This document shows, piece by piece, positions 9,381-17,894 of a stretch of DNA of 64,000 bases (the stretch's first letter is position 1; the number at the start of each line of letters is the position of its first letter). The stretch lies in the NCBI GenBank assembly GCA_963821385.1, contig CAWGDK010000005.1, positions 31,538 through 95,537 on the forward strand, written 5' to 3'. The notes under the pieces were generated by a model. That model was not told the origin of the DNA. It searched no databases and saw only the letters and a program-made list of their open reading frames with translations. A program made the position numbers and the translations under genes. Source of the DNA: an uncultured Gemmatimonadales bacterium (GTDB lineage Bacteria > Gemmatimonadota > Gemmatimonadetes > Gemmatimonadales > GWC2-71-9).

Positions 9381-10657
9381 GCCCGGAGCGGGAGTCCGTC
9401 CTCGTATTGGACGGGCAGACCAACCAGGCGCTCGCGTGCGTGCGCTCGCTCGGCCGCGCCGGGTGTGATGCCCTCGTGGCCGCCACCCGCCACCGGCCCC
9501 TCGCCGCCTGGTCACGCTTCTGCGTGGCCCGCTTCAAGTTGGGTGGCGAAACGCCGGCCGCCTTTCAGGCGCTGCGCGCCTGGGCCGTCGCGCGCCACGT
9601 CACCATGGTCCTACCCCTGACTGAGCGCTCCTGCATTTTGTGCAATCTGGAGCGGGAGGCGTGGGAAGCCGCCGGCATCGTCGTCGGGTGCGCGCCGGAG
9701 CCCGTCCTGCGTCGCGCGTTCGACAAGGCGCACACAATCGACGCCGCCCGGGCGTGCGGTGTCGGTGTCCCGCCGACGCGCCTGCCGACGTCGTTGACGG
9801 AGGTCCACGCGGCAGCGCAGGAGCTCGGGTTCCCCTGCGTGATCAAGTCCCGTTTCAGCAACACCTGGAACGGTAGGCAATTCCTGGCCGATCCCGGCAC
9901 CAGCTATGTGCGCGACGCCAGTGAGCTGGAGCGGGCCATTGCCATCCACCGGCAGGCGGACCATTGGCCCGTCATGCAGGCATTCGTTCCCGGTCAGGGC
10001 AAAGGTGTGTTTGCCCTGTTCGATCACGGGCGCCCCATTGCCTGGTTCGCCCATGAACGGCTGCGCGACGTGCGCCCATCCGGCTCGGGGAGCTCGCTGC
10101 GATCTTCGGCGGCCCTCGACCCGCGCCTCCTGGGCCCGGCGGAACGGTTGCTCACCGACATGGAGTGGCACGGTCCGGCGATGGTGGAGTTCCGGGATGA
10201 CGGCGTGCACGCCCCGAACCTGATGGAAGTCAACGGACGCTTCTGGGGGTCCCTGCAACTCGCGGTCTCCGCCGGGGCGGATTTTCCGCAGTGGTGGCTC
10301 GCGATTGTGCGTGGGCGTCCAGTGGAGCGACGGGCCGGGTACGCGACCGGCGTGACCGTGCGATGGGTGTGGGGTGACGTGAAGCGGTTTCTGTACATTC
10401 TCCACGGCGCGCCCAGCGGGTATCCGGGTCGCTATCCCAGCATCGGCCAGGGGCTGCGTGAGTTGTTCGGCCGGCAACCGCCCGGGACGCGCTCCGAAGC
10501 CTGGGACCCCGACGATCGCTGGCCCGCGGTGGGAGAATGGGTCCAAGGCCTGGGGGAGCTCCTGGGCGGCAAGCGCCGGCGAGCGCCGACCCACGCGCAG
10601 CCGCAGGTAGACCCCGACCCCGTGGCGGCCGAGGCTATGTCGGACGCGAGCCGATGA
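9377..10657 (+). CDS. ATP-grasp domain carboxylate-amine ligase
   Basis: GTG 9377 overlaps the upstream stop (GTGA). PreATP-grasp/ATP-grasp pattern (ESVLVLDG..LACVRSLGRAG, FPCVIKSRF, GPAMVEFR, LMEVNGRFWGS). The longer ORF 8693..10657 is an out-of-frame extension over the kinase gene. Confidence 0.75.
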   Translation: MSPERESVLVLDGQTNQALACVRSLGRAGCDALVAATRHRPLAAWSRFCVARFKLGGETPAAFQALRAWAVARHVTMVLPLTERSCILCNLEREAWEAAGIVVGCAPEPVLRRAFDKAHTIDAARACGVGVPPTRLPTSLTEVHAAAQELGFPCVIKSRFSNTWNGRQFLADPGTSYVRDASELERAIAIHRQADHWPVMQAFVPGQGKGVFALFDHGRPIAWFAHERLRDVRPSGSGSSLRSSAALDPRLLGPAERLLTDMEWHGPAMVEFRDDGVHAPNLMEVNGRFWGSLQLAVSAGADFPQWWLAIVRGRPVERRAGYATGVTVRWVWGDVKRFLYILHGAPSGYPGRYPSIGQGLRELFGRQPPGTRSEAWDPDDRWPAVGEWVQGLGELLGGKRRRAPTHAQPQVDPDPVAAEAMSDASR

Positions 10658-11670
10658 CGGACGCTCCCATTCGCGTGCTGATGATCACGGCCGGTTGGCC
10701 GCAGCCGGGGCAACCGCAGACGACGCATTTCGTCAAACGCCAGGCGGAATTCCTGCGCAAGGCCGGTGTGCTGGTGGACGTGTTTCATTTCCGCGGCGCC
10801 AAGCGGCCCTGGAACTACGCCCGCGCGTGGCTCGACGTGCGACCGAAGATTCGCTCCGGCCAGCACGATGTGGTGCACGCCCAATTCGGCCAAAGCGGAA
10901 TCCTCGCGCTGCCCAAGCGCCTGCCGCTCGTCGTCACCCTGCGGGGCAGCGATATCCTCGGCATCGTCGGCTCGAATGGTCGCTACACGGCAGCGGGCAA
11001 GGTCTCACAATGGGTGACGCGACTGGCCGTTCGGCGCGCCGATGCCGTCGTGGTCGTCTCCGAGCACATGAAGGCCTACTTCGAGACCCGGGCTCCGGTC
11101 AGCGTGTTGCCGTCGGGCCTCGATTTCGATCTGTTCGGGACCATGCCGCGGGATGAAGCGCGCGCGCGGCTCGGGTGGCCTCTCGACAAGCGTCTGGTCC
11201 TCTTCGCCGGGAACCCCGACCAGCCGCGCAAACGATACGGGCTCGCGAAGGCCGCCGTCGACCTGGTCAACCGGACCCTCCCGGCCGAGCTCGTCGTCGC
11301 CTGGGGCGTGCCCCACACCGACGTGCCGCTCTACATGAATGCGTGCGACGCCTTCGTGTTCACCTCGATGCAGGAAGGCTCTCCCAACGTGGTGAAAGAA
11401 GCCCTGGCCTGTGACCTCCCCGTCGTGTCGGTCCCGATTGGCGACACGGCCGAACGGTTGCGTGGCATCGAAGGATGCGAGCTGGTGACCGACGAACGCC
11501 CGGAGGCGATCGCAGCCGCCCTCGAGCGCGTGCTGCGGCGCGGTCGGCGCGTGGCCGGGCGCGTCGCCGTGGCGCATCTGGCCGAGCAGGCCATCACGGC
11601 GCGACTGATCGATGTCTACCGCACCGTCATCGGTCGTCGAGGCTCCGTGGACGCGCTGGTGACGGCCTGA
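10654..11670 (+). CDS. glycosyltransferase family 4 (GT-B, group 1)
   Basis: ATGA overlap with the ATP-grasp stop. C-terminal E-x7-E-like block FVFTSMQEGSPNVVKEALACDLPVV. Confidence 0.8.
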   Translation: MTDAPIRVLMITAGWPQPGQPQTTHFVKRQAEFLRKAGVLVDVFHFRGAKRPWNYARAWLDVRPKIRSGQHDVVHAQFGQSGILALPKRLPLVVTLRGSDILGIVGSNGRYTAAGKVSQWVTRLAVRRADAVVVVSEHMKAYFETRAPVSVLPSGLDFDLFGTMPRDEARARLGWPLDKRLVLFAGNPDQPRKRYGLAKAAVDLVNRTLPAELVVAWGVPHTDVPLYMNACDAFVFTSMQEGSPNVVKEALACDLPVVSVPIGDTAERLRGIEGCELVTDERPEAIAAALERVLRRGRRVAGRVAVAHLAEQAITARLIDVYRTVIGRRGSVDALVTA

Positions 11671-12725
11671 TGCCCTCCCCTGCGACGCCCGCCCCTTTCG
11701 TTTCGATCGTCGTGCCGTGCCGCAACGAGGAGCATTACATCGCCGAATGTCTCGATTCGGTGCTCGCCTGCGATTACCCGCAGGACCGGCTCGAAGTCCT
11801 GGTGGTCGACGGTATGAGCGACGATGGCACGCGCCAGGTGCTCGCGGAGTACGCCACCAGGCACCCGCTGATCCGGATGGTCGACAATCCGCGCCGTATC
11901 ACTCCCGTCGCCCTGAACCTGGCGATTCAGGCCGCGCGGGGTGATGTGATCGTGCGCATGGACGCCCATGTCGTCTATCCCAAGAACTACGTGTCGCGCC
12001 TCGTCGCCGCCCTGGACGAATTCCAGGCCGACAACGTCGGCGCCGTGCTGCGTACCCTGCCGGCGAACCAACGGCCCATGGGACGCGCCATCGCGATCGG
12101 CATGTCGCACCCCTTCGGGGTGGGCACGTCCTACTTCCGGATCGGCACCGATCAGCCGCGGTGGGTGGACACGATCGCGTTCTTCTGCGTACGGCGGAAG
12201 ACGTTCGAGCGCGTCGGGCTGTTTGACGAAGAGCTGATCCGGCATCAGGACGGCGAGTTCAATGCGCGATTGATCGGCGCCGGCGGCCGCATCCTTTTGA
12301 TCCCGGATGTCGTCTCGTACTACTACGCTCGTTCCACGCTGCGACAGGTGGGCCGGATGTTCTATCAATACGGATACTTCAAGCCGCTGGTGGCCAAGAA
12401 GCTGGGCCGGTTCATGACGTTCCGGCAGCTCATTCCACCCGGGTTTGTCCTGGCTCTGGCCACAACCGCGATCGGAGCCCTGCTGTGGAAGCCCGCCCTG
12501 ATCCTGTTCGGTCTGGTCGCGGGGAGTTACGCGTTGGTGGTCGGCGGCTGCGCCATCCAGACGGCCTTCAAGGAAGGGCCCCGGACCGGCCTCGCGCTCG
12601 CCGCAGTCCTACCCGTGATTCACGTGAGTTACGGATCGGGATTCTGGCTGCGGGTGGTCGAGCTGCTGCTCCCCACGCGGCGCGGCGCGGCGGAGCGCGC
12701 CGCTGAGCTGCCGTTGTCACGCTAG
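11670..12725 (+). CDS. glycosyltransferase family 2 with C-terminal membrane helices
   Basis: FVSIVVPCRNEE, VVDGMSDDGT and VRMDAH (DxD-type) motifs. 1-nt overlap (TGATG) with the upstream stop. Confidence 0.85.
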   Translation: MPSPATPAPFVSIVVPCRNEEHYIAECLDSVLACDYPQDRLEVLVVDGMSDDGTRQVLAEYATRHPLIRMVDNPRRITPVALNLAIQAARGDVIVRMDAHVVYPKNYVSRLVAALDEFQADNVGAVLRTLPANQRPMGRAIAIGMSHPFGVGTSYFRIGTDQPRWVDTIAFFCVRRKTFERVGLFDEELIRHQDGEFNARLIGAGGRILLIPDVVSYYYARSTLRQVGRMFYQYGYFKPLVAKKLGRFMTFRQLIPPGFVLALATTAIGALLWKPALILFGLVAGSYALVVGGCAIQTAFKEGPRTGLALAAVLPVIHVSYGSGFWLRVVELLLPTRRGAAERAAELPLSR

Positions 12726-12731
12726 ACCGCC

Positions 12732-13526
12732 ATGCCCGCACCGCAGATCGCCGGGTTGATGTATCACGAAGTCACCGACGCGCCAGCCACCACGGGTTTT
12801 CAGCGACCCGGCGCGGTCGCGTATAAGCACTCCGTCGCGGCATTCGCGGAGCACCTGGCCCGCATCGCCGACGCACCGCACCGTCCCAGCCTCATTACCG
12901 ACGTGGATCTCCACGGCCCCGGGCGGCACGTCGTGTTGACCTTCGATGACGGGGGCAAGAGCGCGCTGGTGGCCGCGGAGCTGCTCGCCCGGCGGGGCTG
13001 GAAGGGCCATTTCTTCATCGTGACGAGCCTGATCGGCACCCCGACGTTCCTGGATGCGGCTGGCATTCGCGCCGTGCATGACGCAGGCCACCTGATCGGC
13101 AGCCATTCTCATACGCACCCGAACATCTTTCGCGACCAGTCGACGGCTCGCATGGTGGAGGAATGGCGCGTCAGTGCCGATATCCTGAGCCAGATCACCG
13201 GCGATCTGTGTGCGTCGGCATCCGTTCCCGGCGGAGACATATCGGCACGGGTGCTGGAGTCGGCGGACGCGGTGGGAATCCGCTATCTGTTCACATCAGA
13301 GCCGTGGCTGAGGCCACGCAGGATCGGCGACTGCGCGGTGCTGGGGCGTTACAGCGTCAAAGTGACTACGTCGGCGGCCCAAGTGAGCGCACTGGTGCGT
13401 TTCCGCGGCTGGGGGCGCGCCCTGGTGCGGCGACGCCTGAAGGTCTGGGCCACGCGGGCCCTGCCTCCTTTGTATCGACTCTATATCCGCGCCCGCACCA
13501 CTCCGGGGACCGAGCCGTCCGGCTGA
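12732..13526 (+). CDS. polysaccharide deacetylase (NodB homology domain)
   Basis: VLTFDDGGKS and GSHSHTHP metal-binding motifs. Confidence 0.8.
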   Translation: MPAPQIAGLMYHEVTDAPATTGFQRPGAVAYKHSVAAFAEHLARIADAPHRPSLITDVDLHGPGRHVVLTFDDGGKSALVAAELLARRGWKGHFFIVTSLIGTPTFLDAAGIRAVHDAGHLIGSHSHTHPNIFRDQSTARMVEEWRVSADILSQITGDLCASASVPGGDISARVLESADAVGIRYLFTSEPWLRPRRIGDCAVLGRYSVKVTTSAAQVSALVRFRGWGRALVRRRLKVWATRALPPLYRLYIRARTTPGTEPSG

Positions 13527-13554
13527 GCCTTGCTGCGCCGGGGACCGCTCGCGA

Positions 13555-16500
13555 TCAGTGGCAGTTCCCCGACCCGGAATTCGTGTACGAGGACCCCGCG
13601 ACCGGGACGAACTGCCAGGTATAGCTGGTGGCAGACAGGGTGAGCTTCAATACTCCATACGTGTGGCCCTCACGCACCTCGCTCAACGGGAAGATGTTGG
13701 TGAGGTCGCCACCGCTCTCCCCACCCATCCCCGCGATGATCGTGCGGATTCCGTTCGAAGGATCCGCGGTCCCGTCCGGCTTCATGGGGGCGATCACCTC
13801 ATACACGTGCCGGTGACCGTTGAGCACCAAGTCGGCCCCGGCAGCGTACAGGTCATCCCAGAACCGCCGCGCGCTCGTGGTCACCGCCCCGCCACTGCCC
13901 GTGCCGCCAATGGAGGAGTACAACGGGTGATGCCAGTAGGCGAGCGTGCACACGTTTTGGTGTGCGGCCAGGTCGGCGAGCAGCCAATTATCCTGCGCAG
14001 AGCCAGCGTCACTATTGATGTTGCTGTTCAGTACGATGATATGCCAGGAACCCAGATCGAAGCTGTAGTAGCCTTGTCCCGGGGTGCCCGCCGCCGCCCC
14101 GAAGTAGCCGAAGTACCCAGCGGCGTTGGCGGTGTTGTAGTCATGGTTCCCCGCTGACGGATGGGTGCGGGATTTGAAGGCACCCCACGTCGGGTTGTAG
14201 CAGTTGGTGTATTCGCTCGCCTTCCCGTTGGGATAGACGTTGTCGCCAAGGACGAAGACCGGCGGGGAGCCCGGCATCGCATTGATGACGGCCGCGGTGG
14301 CCGCGTCGTTGTTGCTGCCGCAGTCGGCGATATCGCCGGCCCCGACGAAGGTCACCGAGCTGCCGGCTGACGTTACAGTGACGGCCGCGGTCTGCGTCAG
14401 AGCGAGACCGCCGGCCGTGGCGGAGACCGTCTTGGTTCCGGTCGCGGTCGACGCCAGGGCGCCCGTCGCCACGCCGTTGCTGCCGGTAGGTCCCGACGGC
14501 TGCGTCAGTGTATTGCCGCTGCCCGTCGCCGCCAGCACCACGTTTGATCCGCTCACCGGATTCCCGAACGCATCCGTTACCGTCACCGTGATAGTGGAGG
14601 TCCCGCTGCCGGCGACAATCGAGGCCGGAGACGCGCTCACGGTGGAGACGCTGGCCGACACTGGACCGGCGGTCACGGCCACCACGGGTTTCTGGGTAAT
14701 CGTGATCCCGTTGGCGGTCGCCGTCACCGTTTTGTTCCCGGCGACAGTCGAGCTCAGACTCCCCGTGGCGACACCGCTGCCGTTCGCCGGAGCGGAGGGC
14801 TGCGTGACGGTATTGCCCGTCCCCGACACGGAGAGCGTGACCGTCGCTCCGACAACCGCGAAGCCACCCGCGTCCCGAGCGGTAACCGTGATGGTGGACG
14901 AGCCACTGCCGGCGGTGATCGACGCCGGTGCGGCCACGACCGTCGACTGCGCTGCGGACACGACTCCGGAGGTGACATTGAAGGCCGTCGATACCACGTC
15001 CGGCAGCCCACCCACCGAGGCCTTGAGCGTGTAGCCCGATCCCGTCTGGTTGATACTGAGGCTGGAGAATGTCGCCACGCCGTTCGAGGCCGATCCCGCA
15101 CCCCCGGTCAACGTTCCCCCACCGGCGTTGGTCCCGAACGTCAGCACGACTCCATTGCTGGCGCTGGTGACCCGGTTCCCGAACTGATCCCGGATCTCCA
15201 CCTGGACGGGCGGCGCCATGATCGTGCCGACCGTCATGCTGGTTGGCTGCACCAGGAAGCCCGTGCTGGTGGGATTTCCCGGGGTCACGGTCACCGTATC
15301 GGTCTGGGTGACTCCGGTCCCATCGATCGTGGCGGACAGGATCCGCACCCCGGTCAGAGTCGACGTGAGGGTTCCCGTCGCGGTGCCGTTGGACCCCGTG
15401 GGGCCGGCGGGCTGGGTGAGCGTGTTGGACGTTCCCGTCGCGTTCAGCACGACGTTGACGTTCGGAATCGGATTCCCTTGCTCGTCGCGCGCGGTCACCG
15501 TGATGGTCACCGGATTCGACCCCGCGCTCGCGACGACGCTGGTCGGGATGGCGACCACGGTCGACTGACTGACTGAGACCTCGCCGGGCTCCACCGTAAC
15601 GCCCGCGGTCTGCGTCACCGGGGTCCCACCCACGGCAGCCGATACGACCTTGGCCCCAGCCGCAGTCGAAGACATGGTTCCGGACGCCACGCCATTGGCG
15701 TCGGTCATAGCGACCGGCTGATTCAGCGTGTTGCCGCTGCCCGTCGCGGCGAGGACCACCGCCAAACCCGGGATCGCATTGTCGAACGTGTCCTTCGCCG
15801 TAACCGTGATCGCCGTCGTGACCCCACCGAAACTCGCGGCGATCGAACCGGGTGACGCGCTGACCAGTGACTTTGAGGCAGCAACGCCGGCTGGGGCCAC
15901 CGTCACCGTGGGTTGCTGAGCAACCAGCACACTGTTGATGGTGGCGCTCACCGTTTTGGCACCGCTGGCCGTCGAGCTAAGGCTCCCGGTCGCCACACCC
16001 CCCGCCCCGGTCAAGCCGGCCGGCTGGGTCAGAGTGTTTCCGGTGCCGCTCGCCGCGAGGGCCACGGTGGCCCCCGCCACCGGATTGTCGAACGCATCGC
16101 GGGCGGTCACCGTGATCGTGGCCGCGCTCGTCCCGCTGCTGGCCGTGATGCCCGCAGGGGCCACCACTGCGCTCGAGTGAGTCGCGGAGACCACCCCCGG
16201 AGTGATGGTGAACGGGTTCGACGTCCCACCGGTGATCCCGCCGGCCGTCGCGGTGAGCGTATAGCCGGCCGCGGCCTTGATCAGCACGAGGTCCGTGAAT
16301 GTGGCCTCACCGGCGACTGCGGCCTTGGTCATGGTGCCGGTCAAGGCGTCACTGCCCGGATTGGCGCCCAGCGCCACCGTCACATTGCCCGTGAAGGTGG
16401 TGAAGGTGTTGCCGAACGCGTCGCGCACGGCCGCTTTCACGGCCGGCGTGATCGTGGCACCCGCGACCGCCGTGGCGGGTTGGGACGTGAAGACCAGGAC

Positions 16501-17778
16501 ACCGTTCACGGCCGGCGTGACCGTGACGGCGGCCCCTTGCGTGAGACTGACGCCGCCGACCGATGCCCCGACGGTCTTGGATTCCGCAGCGGTCGAGCTT
16601 AGCGATCCCGTGGCCACCCCGACCGCGTTCGTCGGACCGACCGGTTGCGTCAGCGTGTTGCTGGAGCCGGTCGCCGTAAGGACCACACTGGCCCCCACCA
16701 CCGGATTGTCGAACGCGTCCCGCGCCGTCACGGTGATCGCCGTCGAGCTGGCACCAGTGCTGGCCATGATCGAAGTCGGCGCGGCTACGACGGTGGAGTG
16801 TCCTGGTGCCACCGGCCCCGCCAGGATCGTGATAGCGCTGGAGGTATCCGCCCCCAGGCCCGATCCGGAAGTGGTCAGGGTATAGGCCGTGCTCGCCTTG
16901 TCGAGACTCAAATCGGCAAAGTTGGCGGTGCCGCCGATCGCTGTGACCGTGGTGGTACCCGACAGGGTCCCGCCAGCCGGATTCGCGGCCAGCCCGATGG
17001 AAAGAGGACCGCTATACGTCGTCGCGAGGTTCCCCAAGACATCCCGCGTATTCACCACAATCGCCGGCGCGATCGCGACGCCGGCCCGCGCGGTGCCGGG
17101 GAGGGCCGTGAAGGCCACGCGGGCGGCAGGACCGGCGACAACATCGAACGACGCGCTCGCCGTTGAGGTGAGCGAGCCCGATGTCACGTACAACGTGTAG
17201 CCTGCCCCGCTCTTGTCGATGTGGAGATCAGCGAATGCCGCGACGCCATTCACGGCGGTCATGACGGTGGTCCCGCCGAGGGTCGTGCTCCCGGGATTCG
17301 TGGCGATCGCCGCGGTGATGACGCCCGAGAACGAGGTCGCGGTATAGCCGTGCGCGTCGCGCGCCGTCACCTCGACCCCGGGCGCGATGGACGATCCCGC
17401 GGTCACACTGCTCGGCTGCATGGTGAACACGAGGGCGGCCGCGGGACCCGCGATCACCGTGACGCCAACCGAACCAGTCTTGCCCTCGCTCGTCGCCGTG
17501 ATGGTCGCGGACCCGAGCGTCACCCCGCCCACCAGTCCCGCGGCACTCACGGTCACGACCGCGGAGTCCGTGGAGCTCCACGTAACGGTACGACCAGTCA
17601 GCACGGCGCCATTGGCGTCGCGCAACGTCACCTGCAGCTGGATCGCGGTCCCCACGGCGAACGGTGCCGGCACGGGGACTTCGACTGTCTCGACTGGCGT
17701 CGGCGGTCCCGACGAGTCGGTCGCACAGGCAGCCAGTACGGCGGCGAGAACCAACGTGCGACGCACGGATGCGGCCAA
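13555..17778 (-). CDS. giant surface lipoprotein: Big_2 module plus about 10 Ig-like repeats plus C-terminal metallophosphoesterase
   Basis: Signal/lipobox LVLAAVLAAC. Big_2-like TVTWSSTDSAVVTVSAAGLV..ITATSEGK. Two alternating ~95-aa repeat types. C-terminal motifs GAGDIADC, LGDNVYPNG, GNHDY, VLNSN, GHRHVYE. SD GAGG lies 5 nt upstream of TTG 17778. Confidence 0.85.
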   Translation of the reverse strand: MAASVRRTLVLAAVLAACATDSSGPPTPVETVEVPVPAPFAVGTAIQLQVTLRDANGAVLTGRTVTWSSTDSAVVTVSAAGLVGGVTLGSATITATSEGKTGSVGVTVIAGPAAALVFTMQPSSVTAGSSIAPGVEVTARDAHGYTATSFSGVITAAIATNPGSTTLGGTTVMTAVNGVAAFADLHIDKSGAGYTLYVTSGSLTSTASASFDVVAGPAARVAFTALPGTARAGVAIAPAIVVNTRDVLGNLATTYSGPLSIGLAANPAGGTLSGTTTVTAIGGTANFADLSLDKASTAYTLTTSGSGLGADTSSAITILAGPVAPGHSTVVAAPTSIMASTGASSTAITVTARDAFDNPVVGASVVLTATGSSNTLTQPVGPTNAVGVATGSLSSTAAESKTVGASVGGVSLTQGAAVTVTPAVNGVLVFTSQPATAVAGATITPAVKAAVRDAFGNTFTTFTGNVTVALGANPGSDALTGTMTKAAVAGEATFTDLVLIKAAAGYTLTATAGGITGGTSNPFTITPGVVSATHSSAVVAPAGITASSGTSAATITVTARDAFDNPVAGATVALAASGTGNTLTQPAGLTGAGGVATGSLSSTASGAKTVSATINSVLVAQQPTVTVAPAGVAASKSLVSASPGSIAASFGGVTTAITVTAKDTFDNAIPGLAVVLAATGSGNTLNQPVAMTDANGVASGTMSSTAAGAKVVSAAVGGTPVTQTAGVTVEPGEVSVSQSTVVAIPTSVVASAGSNPVTITVTARDEQGNPIPNVNVVLNATGTSNTLTQPAGPTGSNGTATGTLTSTLTGVRILSATIDGTGVTQTDTVTVTPGNPTSTGFLVQPTSMTVGTIMAPPVQVEIRDQFGNRVTSASNGVVLTFGTNAGGGTLTGGAGSASNGVATFSSLSINQTGSGYTLKASVGGLPDVVSTAFNVTSGVVSAAQSTVVAAPASITAGSGSSTITVTARDAGGFAVVGATVTLSVSGTGNTVTQPSAPANGSGVATGSLSSTVAGNKTVTATANGITITQKPVVAVTAGPVSASVSTVSASPASIVAGSGTSTITVTVTDAFGNPVSGSNVVLAATGSGNTLTQPSGPTGSNGVATGALASTATGTKTVSATAGGLALTQTAAVTVTSAGSSVTFVGAGDIADCGSNNDAATAAVINAMPGSPPVFVLGDNVYPNGKASEYTNCYNPTWGAFKSRTHPSAGNHDYNTANAAGYFGYFGAAAGTPGQGYYSFDLGSWHIIVLNSNINSDAGSAQDNWLLADLAAHQNVCTLAYWHHPLYSSIGGTGSGGAVTTSARRFWDDLYAAGADLVLNGHRHVYEVIAPMKPDGTADPSNGIRTIIAGMGGESGGDLTNIFPLSEVREGHTYGVLKLTLSATSYTWQFVPVAGSSYTNSGSGNCH

Positions 17779-17820
17779 TCAGACCTCAGGTCGCGATGTG
17801 TGGCGTGAATGCAACACAGC

Positions 17821-17835
17821 ACCCCAAAATGGGGT
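17821..17835 (-). terminator. possible weak hairpin terminator between the two giant genes
   Basis: Minus strand ACCCCA-UUU-UGGGGU followed by GCUGUGUUGCAUU. It lies 60 nt after the stop at 17895. Confidence 0.3.
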
Positions 17836-17894
17836 CGGCCCGAATTCTAGTGGCAAGATTCAGACCTGACAGGGGTTCGTCTGTGAAGGGCCCT

